A stretch of 64,000 nucleotides of DNA from Squalus acanthias (lineage: Eukaryota), in NCBI GenBank assembly GCA_030390025.1, contig CM059452.1, positions 7,874,001-7,938,000 of the forward strand. The letters run 5' to 3'. Position numbers and translations under genes: made by a program. Shown here in pieces: positions 25,601 through 38,579 of this stretch (positions are counted from its first letter, which is position 1; every line of letters begins with the position of its first letter). Under the pieces are notes generated by a model that saw nothing but the letters and a program-made list of their open reading frames with translations, did not search any database and had not been told where the DNA came from.

Positions 25601-26710
25601 GAAGAGGTAATTAGAGTGGGGGGAGGCTCGTGTGGAGTATAAACACCGCACAGACCAGTTGGGCCGAATGGCCTGTTCCTGTTCTGCAGATTCTGTATAA
25701 TGTAAAACTCAGAGAAAACTCCGCCCGGAGAACACGGGAGAGAATCAGCCAATGGGCTGAAGGAATTGAAGTTGTCAGAGAGCCGGAAGAGCCAGTTCCC
25801 AGTGAGTAACAGTAAAACCACTGCGGAAACTGCACAGACTGAACCCAACCGACAACTGAGAGACTTTGGGACAAGTTCTCAGGCTGGCAAAAAACCACAA
25901 ACAGCACAAAGTGAGCGACCCAGATGTAGAAATAAAATGAAACTAACTGTAAATAATTCAAATTAAAGTGAAATGGAGCAAAAGGGGCCCCACTGATGGA
26001 AGAAAAGAGACAAATAGAGCGAGAGGCAGACAGGAGCTCCCGTGAACTGTTAAACTGCAGTAAAAGATTGACCTTTGACCCACAGATTTTCAGTGTCAGT
26101 TTGGCTCAATCGGTGCTGATGAATCTCACTGCTTTCTGTTGGATCTTGCTGTGCGCAGTGACATAACACAGCCGGGTTACTCTCGGTCAAACATCATTGG
26201 AATGTGGTTGTCTCAGTGAGGAGGAGAATGGACTATTATTTTTTTCAGGTTTATCTTTCACGAAGAAAAATAAAACCTGAAATTCAATAGAAATCATAGA
26301 ATCATACAGCAGAGAAGGAGGACATTCGGCCCACCTTGTCTGTGCGGCTCTTTGAAGGAGCTATTCAATTAGTCCCACTCGCCCCGCTCTTTCCCCATAG
26401 CCCTGACAAATTTTCCTTTTCCAGTATTAATTCAATTTCCTGTTGAAAGTTACGATTGAATCTGCTCCCACCACCCTTCCAGGCAGTGCATTCCAGATCA
26501 TAACGGCCCACTGCGTAAATACATTTCTCCTACCCCACCCCCACCCCCTCCCCACGCCGGTGCTTTTGCCAATGACAGTGAATAAAGTTGGAACAGGCTT
26601 CAAATGAAGAACGGCATTACCACGAGTGGCAGAACTATTCCTGTCATTGACAAGTGTCCCCGGGTAAACAGCAGCCAAATAAATAATAATTCCCCATTTT
26701 AATCCCGCAG

Positions 26711-27055
26711 ATTCCAGTTTCTCGATGTCCCAGGGTCCGCCTCTACAAAACTCTGCTGCCGGAGACACCATTACTTTAAACTGCGAATATTCAGGGGTCT
26801 GTCAGCACACAGTACACTGGTACCGTCAGTCCCCAGGAAAGGCTCCGAAATACCTGCTTCAGAGACACACTTCAGGAGAGGGGAATAAAGAAAACGCTGC
26901 CGGGGGCCGAATTTCTGCTTCTGTCGATGGTGCGCAGAAAATCAGCCGCTTAAACATCGCGAAACTGCAACTGAGTGACTCCGCTGTGTATTACTGTGCA
27001 CTGAGTCCGCGCACAGCACAGTGATACAGAGCACGGAGAGAGCCGTACAAAAACC
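26711..27055 (+). CDS. TRDV: Supporting TCR-delta V of NAR-TCR (leaderless; exon 26711-27016, RSS 27017-27055)
   Basis: cccgcag/phase-1 DSSFSMSQGPPLQNSAAGDTITLNCEYSGVCQHTVHWYRQ..LSDSAVYYCALSPRT. Extra CDR1 Cys, no functional leader found, perfect RSS cacagtg-23-acaaaaacc. Confidence 0.9.
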
Positions 27056-28311
27056 TGAACATGGTGGGGATTACAGACACACTGTGATACAGAGCACGGA
27101 GAGAGTTCACAAACCTGACCATGCTGGGGATTACAGACACACAGTGATACAGAGCGCGGAGCGGGAGAATAAATATTCTTCTTGGATGCATTCTCGACGA
27201 ATCTTAGAGTTTTACCCGACAGAAACAACTGATTAAGCCCATCAAGTCTACACTTTTCTTTTCGCTCCTCGCACCCTTTAATATGCCCATCTTTCGAGTC
27301 TCCTATCCAATTCCCTAGTTAAAATATTTGATGCATTTATTCCACATTTTCACTTCCTTCTGTATAAATAATTGTTTTTCTCAACTGAAACATTTATATT
27401 TTGCCGAGTGATATTTCACCCTAGGAGTTATATTTATTGTCCGCCTGTTTTCAAACGGACCAGCAGAGTTTCATCTTTCATTTTCTTTGGTTCAATCCGT
27501 CTTTCAACGCTTGGGTTGATCAGCGGTCTCCACCTCCTGGGATTTCCCGGATTTGGTGTGTAATCTGCTCAGAGATTCTCTCCGCTCAACAGGACACCCG
27601 CAGTCTGTCCGGACCAACAACCCGGCCAGCTCCCGGCTGAAGGAGTTTGGGTTTGGATTCACTGAGTTAATGACTCGGCCATGGAGGGCTGCGGCTCCCA
27701 CAATTCACAGCGGCAGGGAAAAGGCCCATTGTGACACGGGCCGCGCTGCACTCTGGGAGAACTCACCGCACATTTGCACCTCAGAAAACCTTTTAATGAC
27801 AACTTTTTTATTCTCTCCTGTGCCAGAATTTCACTTTAATCGATTAAGATCGAGCATTTATTTTGATGGAAACTGATGTAAATTTGTTTTTCAATCGCGC
27901 AGCGGTTAGACGTCACACAAACATAACCGACTGTACGTCACACAAACATGGCCAACGCCGGTTTGCCCTGCAGTTGATGACGTTATAATCCCTCAGCATG
28001 TCACAGCAACGTTATTGGCGGTTTCCCCCATTGATTCAGGGTTAGGAGATCACGGGGCGTCTCCAGCCTCCGCTCAGCGCTGAAGAGCCCCAGTTTGTGG
28101 CACCTGTGACCCCTGACTCAGTCCTATGAACCCGAGGAGTGGGCGGGGGCAGCACGGGGCCTCTTAAAGGGACACTGCACTCCATGAGAATCACCGAGCC
28201 CGGAGTCAGTGAGAGCCTGGGAACAGGGAAGTGAGACGAGGATGATATTGGAGGGGATGGCGGCCCCGGATAGGGGGAGGGGTGAGAGATTGTGGCAGAG
28301 ACGGAGTATAA

Positions 28312-28985
28312 GCACCAACTCCATACATTCCCAATCTCCCTTCAGACGGTCCGTTAATTCTTCCCTCTCTTAACCCGATGTCATGTTCAACTATAGGACA
28401 CCTCACGCCTGAATTTAAGGAGTTTCGAAGAAGAGCAGAACCGCATTTGAAGGAAAATGCCAGAAGATACTCGGGCCTGGCCACAAACCTCTGGAGATGT
28501 TCACGTGGCACGGAGTCACCGAACTAATCTGATGAGACGGTGAAGGACGTGGAGCGAAAGTTCAAGGAAACAGGGAGCAAAGATCTGAAGGTCACTGCGG
28601 ATCTCGGAGGTGATGTTCAGTGAGTTCAGGTCGATGGTATGAGAGGGAATGGAGGAAAGCAGGGAGAAAGGATCCCTGAGGTGATGTTCAGTGAGTTCAG
28701 GTGGATGATTTGAGAGGGAATGGAGCAAGAACAGGGAGAAAGGATCCCTAGGGTGATGTTCAGTGAGCTCAGGGAGATGATGTCAGAGGGAATGGAGCAG
28801 AGCAGGGAGAAATGTCGTCAGGGAAACAGGAGACAGAGGGCCAGGGTGAATGGGTGTGGCTGAGATTGAAGAAGGCTTGGAAGTGGTTACCCCAGTGCTG
28901 GGCCTACTTTGCTCCTTTGGTCTGTGTGGACCATTTGAACTCGGGTCTCCTTTAAAGGGGCGATTCCAAAACAAAAATATATTCC
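28312..28985 (+). repeat. Unclassified ~670-bp element with internal ~70-bp repeats; inverted diverged copy at 48635-49891
   Basis: Colinear match by eye from caccaactccat..cattcccaa to ggtctcctttaaaggggcga..ccaaaacaaaaata. Confidence 0.8.
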
Positions 28986-29404
28986 ACTAGTGCCCACCCG
29001 AGAGGAGGGCTCCACTCGCACACTTGGCCTGAACAAAACTAAAATTATATTCCATTAGAATTTGATTTTGTCACAACCTTTATCGAGTTGTGCTCACTGG
29101 ACGCAGAAGGCTCCAAATGTGTCTGTGGACACCGCGCGATCCCTCATCTCCTCTCCCTCAAATACAGTCCAAAAGCTGGAGAGAGGCTGTGTGTCAGATA
29201 GGCCCCAGGCTCTGGGAATCATCCCCAGGGTTTGTGCTTCCTGGTGCATCTGTGTCAGATATCTATCCCGTGATGTCCCTGCCCTGGGAGTGATTGATGG
29301 GACAGTGGATAGGGACCTTTACTCTGTATCCAACCCGTGCTGTATCTTCCCTGGGAGTGTTCGATGGGATAGTGTAGAGGGAGCTTTACTCGATATCTAA
29401 CCTA

Positions 29405-29453
29405 TCTATCCTCGACTACTGGGGACTAGGCACCATGGTGACGGTGATTGCAG
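29405..29453 (+). pseudogene. IGHJ: Ig heavy-chain J segment lacking its RSS
   Basis: SILDYWGLGTMVTVIA followed by a phase-1 gtgaga donor (WGxG motif). Upstream sequence is satellite, with no heptamer or nonamer. Confidence 0.85.
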
Positions 29454-29548
29454 GTGAGAACCATTCACTCTTTCAGTAACTGCTGTATCTGTGTCTTTAT
29501 TTTATATTTCTGTTTCTTTCAGCAATTCATTCATTCACTGAAACTTGT

Positions 29549-30770
29549 GTTCGCTGGATTCTGTATTGAGATTTTTTGCAATGCTTCATTTGATTCTGCT
29601 GAAAAGGGTTCATAGAATTAAACTGCTTCTTCCGAAAAATATATTGTTGTGGGATTGAGCCCCTGATTGATGTGATTTGGTGTTTATCTGCTGATGAGAC
29701 TGTGCGCCTGGGGTTACTTTAAATACCCAACGGTTGTTGAACTGTTTGGCTATTCTACAATGTTTAATCTCGGTGACATCTAATGGTTGCAGGTTTTCTG
29801 ATCAAATGTAAACATTTATGTGACTAAATGTGTTTGAAATAAGATTGTAGGCAGAAAATAGAAACTTTAGCGGTCAAAATAATTTAAATATATTTTGACG
29901 TATTTCTATTTGTGATATTTACATTGTCATTTATTAATCTAATGTCCACCAACGGTCATATTCAATACGTGAAAAGTTAGTGTAATTAATAACTAAATAA
30001 TTAATAAATTTGTTGCCTAAATCAGTTTTAAATTAATATAAATTAAATTAATTTATTGTAGTAATATCACCCAATATTACAATAATATGCTATATCAATA
30101 TTAATTTATTAAACATGATCCGTCTACTCACAATTCCGCTGTCATTATTTTATATTTATGTTTATTTCAATAATTAATTCGTTCAGTGATAGATGGGTTC
30201 GCTGGATTCTGTATTGAGATTTTTTTGCAATGTTACATTTGATTCTGCTGAAAGGGTTTATAGAATGAAGCTGCTTCTCCACAAAACGTTCTGTTGCGGG
30301 ATTCAGCCCCTCAGTGATGTGATTTGCTGTTTATCTGCTGAGGAGAGTGTGTGCCTGGGTTACTTTGAATAACTAAAGTTTGTGAAATTGTTTGGCGTTT
30401 CTGCAATGTTTAATCTCGGTGACATCGAACTGCTGCAGGTTTTCTGATCTGTTTAAAACTGTCTGAAAGATGATTCTAGGCAGACAACAAGTAGGTTTTA
30501 TAAATCATAAATCGTTTAAAAATAATTTAATGCATCTTTCTATTTAAGTGAGAGTTGCAGATTCAACTATTAATATATGGTTTACGGTGCTCACATTTAA
30601 TAGGTAAATTGTTACTGTAATTATGAATTATATAATAAAAAAATTCAGGTTGAAGGAGAATGAAATCAATATAACTCAAACGATTATAATGCGGTAATAT
30701 TGCCCAATATCACTCAATATGCTGTAGTATTAATATTAATGTATTAAACATTATTCGCCTTCCAGAATTC
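29549..30770 (+). repeat. ~650-bp tandem duplication in the AT-rich JH 3' intron
   Basis: gttcgctggattctgtattgagattttt starts at both 29549 and 30197, with colinear downstream sequence. Confidence 0.8.
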
Positions 30771-32989
30771 TGCTCTAAACTGGTCACAATTAACGTGAGC
30801 GGAGAATTTTAGAGGCTGGAGACAATTTCTGATTATGTCTGAAATTATTTTAATAACAGCAGACTGATTCCACCGCAGTGTTCAGGTTAATGAGGGTTTG
30901 AAATTAATTGTTATCTCCCTGTTTCACACAGATGAATGACGGATTGTATTTAATTATGCATTAAATGCGAGTTGTAAATAGAAGTTTGTAAATGTAATAA
31001 ATCTGCCGGGTTATTAAATTCTTACTGTGCAGCGGAAAGCATGTTATTCCTTCAATATTATTTGTTGTTTGATAGCGAGACAATTATCACTAAACTAATC
31101 TTAAACAGTTTGTAAGATCATGGGCTGAGCGGTCGCTGGCAGTCAAAGAATTGTTCATATGATTCTATTTAAATTCAAGGAAAGTGCAGACTGCGTAAGG
31201 CTGGCGACACACATTGACATTCAAGCAGATTAATTTAATTACGAAAGGTTAATATTAGTTTTGAATTTAACAACAACATCCTGTCTCCTCTAACGGTGCT
31301 GTTTACGGGATAGAATTATAGACAATGCACAGATTACATCAGAGAGTTATGTTTAATTCTCATTAATACCAAATTGATCAACAAAATCTCGCCTCCATTT
31401 GCTCATTAAATTTCAGTGTCGCAGATGGTCTGATTGATTTGTTCTCGGGCAGTTTTACACTGATCATTCTGGAACTGATTTTCAATAAATAGCAGAATAT
31501 ATTTAATAATTAATTTACCGGCATTGTGTGAATTACGGGAGTAAATATAAAAAGATTGCCTGTGTTATTAAACAGCGGAGGCTCTGTTACTGACTGCAAA
31601 CTGGCCGGTTGTCTTTTAATTCATGAAAATAGTTTTTCTAGTTAAGATTGAGGACAATGTTTCAGCTCGAGAGCCCTGCTTTAGTAAACACACGGTGTTA
31701 CAGTCCATTGGTAGTTAGTGAGATGTGACCATGGCCAGACTTTGAACTATTTAAATAGTCCACTCCTAAATCCATCATGTGAAATCCACTCTGAGAAAAG
31801 ATGGAGTTTCTGTTGTCTCAGAGAGTTCAGAAACATGCAAAGTTTACAAGTGTGTAGATAGAGAGCGGGAATGTATTAGAAGTTAGTGACCATTTTAACT
31901 TATTCAAATGTGATTTGATTTAAGTAAAATTAATATATTTTTCTGAATGCCTTTATCTATTAATATGATTCTTAATATTTTAATATTGATAAGTGTCATG
32001 TTAATTTAATTGAAACCCTAATAGTTCACAGGTTACCAGGCAGAAACAGGTTTAAAATTAATTTTACCTAATTTTATTATAATCCAGTGTAACATCAGAT
32101 AACATCAAAATTAACTTAGAGTATAATATCAGTGTGAATTTATTAAACATAAATAAGCTCCCACAATTGCTTTGTATACTGAACAGGGTTATAGTTGCTG
32201 TAAAATCTCAAGGGTTGGAGAGAATTTTAAATTTTGTCTAAAATTAATTTAAAAACAATACATGTCTTAATCAGCTGTGCTCAGCTCGAGAAGGTGTCGC
32301 CGCAGATCTCAATGTGTTTTGCCTCAATGATTTTCCAGGTTATATTTAATTATGAAATTATATTAACCCAGTGGGTAACCGGTTTTTTGAAACAAGATGG
32401 CTCCTGGGCTAGCAGCTCCCTAGGGAGTTGCTTTGCCATCCTTGGCCATCCGTTGCCATCCTTTGCTCTGTTTCCCCCAAGTCTCCTCTCTTCTGCTGTT
32501 TAAGTACCCCTGGCTCTAATAGTGGGTGCATTTTATCCCTAACTGCAAGTCCAAGCTGCAAGGTTAAAGTTACCTGAGCCCACTGCCCATCCCCCGACCA
32601 TGCCTGTTCTTTGTTCTCAGTGAGCACTGGCTCTTCACTTAAACTTCGCTCCCAAATTCCCAGACCTCTCTGCCGTCAAGACTATGCTTCTCCACTAGAC
32701 TAGTGATCTAGTGACGAGTGGATCGCGAGTGGAGTTCGGGGCCAGGGATCGCGAGAATATCAGTACTAATTTGATCCTGTGAGAGACAACATCATTCATG
32801 TCCGAGGCCGGGACCCAGGAGCGAGGACGAGCCCAGCAGCGATATCAAGGCCCAGGAGTGGCGCAGCGTGGACCAGCAGCAGGATCGGGACCCAGGGAAG
32901 GTGCGGCACAGGCCAACAGCGAGGTCGGGAGGAACACAATGCATCCTACGAAACCCAGGCAGAGAGGACCTGCGGGAAGGAGGGAGGAG

Positions 32990-35900
32990 GACAGTAGCAT
33001 TGTTTGTGTGTGTGAGCTAGGCCGTTGTAGCAGAGCCTGGTTTCCAATCGTCTTGGATCCCCTTGCCATTGGACCAAGACCTTGCTCTGTCAAGCCCGTG
33101 AGGTAGCTGGTGTGCAACGGCCACCCCACATTAAAATAATTCACGCACAGGCAACTTCCACCCTTTAAAATGAAGTTCGGGACCTGGAACGTAAGGACCC
33201 TCATGGACAACCCCAACAGTGACAGACCGGAACGCCGTACTGCTATTGTTGCCCGGGAGCTCAGACGTTTCGACATTGACATTGCCGCCCTAAGCGAGAC
33301 CCGGCGGGCAGGGGAAGGCTAGCTCAAGGAGCAAGGCGGTGGCTACACTTTCTTCTGGAAAGGCAAACCTGAAGAAGAATGCCGCCTCCATGGGTTAGGC
33401 TTCGCTATAAAAAATGAACTGGTTGAACGTCTCAGAGACTCCCCTTGTGGAATAAACGAGTGCACACCCTAGCCCAGAACCAGTGCGCTACGGTCATCAG
33501 TGCGTACGCCCCAACACTGGAAGCCACAGACGAGACCAAAGAGCAATTCTACTCCAGCCTCGAACAATCCTTTTCCCGAGTCCCAACGGGCGACAAGCTA
33601 ATCCTCCTTGGCGACTTTAACACCAGAGTTGGAAAGGACACAGACCTCTAGGGAGGTGTGATCGGCAGAGAGGGGATAGGGAAAGCCTACTCCAACGGTA
33701 CGCTTCTCCTGTCGAAATGCTTAGAACATCGCCTTGTCATAACCAACACCTTGTTCCGTCAGAGAGACAAGTACAAGGCTTCATGGCAGCACCCTCGCTC
33801 CAAGCACTGGCATCTGCTGGACTACGTCATCGTCTGAGCGAGGGAGCGCAAGGACGTCTGCATCACCCGCGCCATGACAGGAGCTGACGACTGCTGGACA
33901 GACCACCGCCTAATCCGTTCTGTCATCTCCATCAATGTAGCCCCAAAACAGCGGTGGCAACAGAAACAATGCTGCAGGAAAATCAACGCTGGAGCACTCA
34001 AAGACCCCGCTAAGAAGGCTCTATTCAGCCTGCGCCTCACAAACAACCTGACGACTCCCAGTGATGCAGAGACACTGAGTGTCCACAGCGCCTGGTCTGC
34101 ACTCAAGGCCTTCATAATCAGCACCTGTGAAGAGACGCTCGGTCACTCGACCAGGAAACACCAAGACTGGTTCGACGAGAACGACCAGGACATCCAGCAG
34201 CTCATAAGCCCCAAGAGCAAGGCATTCCTGATCTGGAAACAGCAACAGAACTCGAAACCAAGAAAGCAGCTCTACAGACCTGAAGGCCGAGGTCCAACAA
34301 AAAACTCGCGACCTAAAGAACAGATGGTGGGTGGAGAAAGCGCAGGAGATCCAGCAGTTAGCCGACAACCACGACGTGCGCGGATTCTTTAGCACAGTCA
34401 AGACCATCTATGGCCCAAGCACCCAAGGGCCTACCCCACTGCGGGCCAAGAACGGAGAAGCAGTCAGTGCCCGCTGGAAGGAGCACTTCGAAGATCTCCT
34501 TAACCGAGACTCTGTCTTCGACACAAGTGTCCTCAACTCCATCCCGCAGCATGCTACCCGCCACCATCTCAGCACAACCCCAGCCCGGCATGAGGTTGAA
34601 AAGGCCATCCGACAACTAAAGAACAACAAGGCCTCAGGAGCAGATGGAATCCCCGCCGAGGCACTAAAGCATGGCGGAGAAGCACCATTGGCGCGAATTC
34701 ATGAACTCATTTTTCTTATCTGGAAGGAGGAGAGCATGCCAGGGGATCTCAGAGACGCCGTAATTGTGACCATCTTCAAGAAAGGTGACAAGTCCGATTG
34801 CGGTAATTACAGAGGAGTTTCCCAGCTGTCTGCCACAGGGAAAGTCATCGCAAGAATCCTCCTCAATCGTCTTCTCCCAGTGGCCGAAGAGCTCCTCCCA
34901 GACTCGCAATGCGGATTCCGCCCACTAAGGGGCACAATGGACATGATCTTCATCGCACGTCAATTACAATATGAATGCAGGGTACAGCACCAACCGCTGT
35001 ACATGGCCTTCTTTGATCTCACAAAGGCCATCGACACTGTCAACCGTGAGGGATTATGGAGTGTCCTCCTCAAATTCGGCTGCCCTCAAAAGTTTGTTAC
35101 CATCCTCCGCCTGCTTCACGACGACATGCAAGCCGTGATCCTGACCAACGGATCTACCAGAGGCCCAATTCACGTACGGACCGGGGTCAAGCAAGGCTGT
35201 GTCATCGCACCAACGCTCTTCTCGATCGTCCTTGCTGCAATGCTACATCTCACCCTCAGTATGCTCCCCGCTGGAGTGGAGCTAATTTACAGAACAAACG
35301 GGAAACTGTTCAACCTCCGTCGCCTCCAGTCCAGATCCAAGGTCGTCCCATCCTCTGTCGTCGAATTACAGTATGCAGACGACGCTTGCATCTGCGCTCA
35401 CTCAGAGGTCGAAATCCAAACCATCGTCAACACCTTCACCGAAGCTTACGAGAGCATGGGCCTCACACTAAATATCCGTAAGACCAACCTGCCCCCGCCA
35501 CACAGTACTGCCCCCCGATTATCAAAATCCACAACAAGGCATTGGACAACGTGGACCACTTTCCATATCTCGGGAGCCTACTGTCAACAAGAGCAGACAT
35601 CGATGCCGAAGTCTAACACCGCCTTCAGTGTGCCAGTGCAGCCTTCGGTCGCCTGAGGAAGAGAGTGTTTGAAGACCAGGACCTCAAACCCGGCATTAAG
35701 CTCATGGTCTACAGAGCAGCAGTGATACCCGCCCTGCTGTATGCCTCAGAGACATGGACCATGTACAGCAGGCACCTCAAAGCACTGGAGAGGTACCACC
35801 AACGCTGCCTCCGCAAGATCCTACAAATCCATTGGCAGGATAGGCGCACCAACATCAGTGTTGTCGCTCAGGCCAACATCCCCAGCATCGAAGCTTTGAC

Positions 35901-36354
35901 CATGTTCGATCAGCTCCGATGGACTGGTCACATTGTCCGCATGCGCGATACGAGACTCCCGAAACAAGCGCTCTACTCGGAGCTCCGACACGGCAAGAGA
36001 GCCCCAGGTGGGCGGAAGAAACGCTTCAAGGACACCCTCAAAGCCTCCTTGAAAAAGTGTAACATCCCCATCGACACCTGGGAGTCCCTGGCCCAAGATC
36101 GCACAAAGTGGAGGAGAAGCATCCGAGAAGGCGAGGAACACCTCGAGTCTCTTCGCCGGGAGCAAGCGGAAGCCAAGTGCAAGGAGCGCACGTCAACCCA
36201 AGCACCTCACCCACCCGCCCCTTCAACCACCGTCTGCCCCACCTGTGACAGCGACTGTAGGTCCCGCATTGGACTCATCAGTCACCTGCGAATTCATTTT
36301 TAATGTGGAAGCAAGTCATCCTCGGTTCCGAGGGACTGCCTAAGAAGAAGAAGA
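32990..36354 (+). mobile_element. Near full-length RTE-clade LINE, with stops and frameshifts
   Basis: APE start MKFGTWNVRTL at 33170, LGDFN and WTDH motifs, RT with GVKQGCVIAPTLF and QYADD, C-terminal CPTC..H..H finger, (aag)n tail. Confidence 0.92.
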
Positions 36355-36954
36355 ATCGGTTTTCAATGTAAATGTCTCCTGGTTTGTTAAATTCTTGCTC
36401 TGTCACGGAGTCCCTGTTATATGCAGCAAATTACCCTGGAATGTGAATTATTTCCGTAAACTTTTTTCAGGGAATCGAAATCTTACTCGGTTTGTAAGAT
36501 TGTAGACAGGGAGGGAGAAATGGTTGGAAGTCGAAGTGAGTTTTTCAAATTAATATCAGTTTACTTTCATAAAACGTGCAGATTTGAGGTGGTCGGAAAT
36601 TGACAAGAGATCAATTAGAAATCAGCTTCATAAAATTGACAGATTGAAGAGATCTATCTGCCGAGAGCACGATTGTTGCACCGTTTGTGTCTGTTCTGTT
36701 TCTGTGCGGCTGCTCACTGTGTGAGAATCAAGAGTCCGCCTGAGTGTTTGTAAACCTGCTGGTTTGTTCTCTTGTGTTTCATGGAGTACAATTCGACTCA
36801 TTTATTTCAGAAGTTTGTACCTGTGAGAAATGCGATAGTGTGACTTTAAGTTTCAGGAGGCGCTTCCGATTTGGCAACAGTACCCCAGTTTGTGGCATTC
36901 AGAAGGAGGAATTCAGAAACACTTCTGGCAGACTGTAGAAGGAAATTTAATCAG

Positions 36955-37480
36955 TTTTACCTGCCCTGGGAGTGTTTAATGGGACAGTGTAGAGAGAGCT
37001 TTACTCTGTATCTAATCTGTGTTGTACTTGCCCTGGGTGTGTTTGACGGGACAGTGTAGAGGGAGATTTACACTGTATCCAACAAGTGCTGGACCTGCCC
37101 TGGCAGTGTTTGATGGGACAGTGTAGAGGGAGCTTTACGCTTTATTTAACCCGTGCTGTAACTGACCCGTGACATTTGATGGGACAGTGTGGAGGGGGCA
37201 TTTACACTGTGTCTAACCCATGCTGTACCTGGCTTGGTCGTGTTTGACGGGACAGTGTAGATGGAACTTTACTCTGTTTCTAGCCCGTGTTGTACCTGCC
37301 GTTGGAGTGTTTGATTGCGCAATGTTGATGGAGCTATACTCTGTATTTAACCATTGCGGTACCTTACCCGGAGTGTTTGACAGTGCAGTGTAGACTTGGC
37401 TTTGCTCGGAATCAATACCTTGCTATACCTGACCATACAGCGCATGGCAGGGCAGTGGATAGAGAGCTTTAGTCTGTATT
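36955..37480 (+). repeat. ~65-bp satellite (ctgccctgggagtgtttgatgggacagtgtagagggagctttactctgtatctaacc..), about 8 copies; 2 copies also at 29270-29403
   Basis: Tandem degenerate repeats visible in the sequence. Confidence 0.85.
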
Positions 37481-38579
37481 ATCTGTAAATTAACAGACCT
37501 GAGAATACTTTGTCTCGCGTTGCTCAAGGAATCTTAATCTGCATCCAACGAATAAAATGTGACTTCTCCAGCCAGATATCTAAAAATAAAACCCGGGATG
37601 AGAGGCTTCAGTTATGTGGAGTGATTGGAAAAGCTGGGATTGTTCCTTAGAGCAGAGAAGGTTAAAGGGAGACCTAATAGAGATGTTCAAAATTGTGAGA
37701 GGTTTTGTCAGAGCAAGTCGGGAGAAACGGTTTCCTCTGGCGAGTTGGTCGATAACCAAAGGCCACAGATTTAAAATAATTGCCAAAAGAACTAGAGGAG
37801 AAATTAGGAGATTTTTTTTCAAGCAGAGGATTGTTAAGCTCTGGAATTCACAAGACAACTAACTGGTCAAGTACTTGACCAGTAAAGTGTCAGTTCTCGA
37901 ACCACAGATATATAAAAATAAAACTTTCCATTGCTCCGATGAAACAGCCGTGCATTAATTGAGTTTAACCTTATTCCAAAAATAATGACTGCCCACATTT
38001 TAAAGAATCGATAAACTTTAAACATTTTGAGTGTCAGATAATGATTGAATGAGATTGGCCTGATCCTGAGCTCACTTTCAGAACAATCAGTTTCAGGAAG
38101 TGACGGTAACGCTCCAGAAAGCAGCGCCTGTTCTGATCTGATGGGAGGCTGGAAGTTATTTTAAGAATTTAAATGGAGAATGTCGAGACTCCAGCTCCAA
38201 ATAACTATTATGGGAACATTATGTTTGAAAGCATTATTTCGTTCAATTGTTTTTTTAAAAAGGTAACAGGCAGGGACAAACTCGGGTGAGGTGCAGCTAT
38301 TGGACTGGGTCACAGCACAAGGCTCACAGTCACTGAGCCGCACCTCTGTGAAACATTTAAAGAGCAACAGTCAGCCTGCGATGAGTCGTCATTCACAATA
38401 AGCTTTAAGACTCTGTGACGGTATCCGATTAAATCATTTGAGTCAAATTCCTCAGTTCCTTTATTTTAAATATCCTCTTGTATTATAACAAACAATAAAA
38501 TAGATCTGATAGAGGTGTTCAACATTATGAAGCGTTTCCTTCCATTAAATCGGGAAGAACTAATTCCGCTGGGCCGTGT

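Noticed and set aside
25700-25850. Minus-strand leader-like GSVCAVSAVVLLLLT followed by GVFSE
   Set aside because: No ATG, no GT donor, no AG acceptor and no V exon beyond the adjacent CR1; too weak to call.
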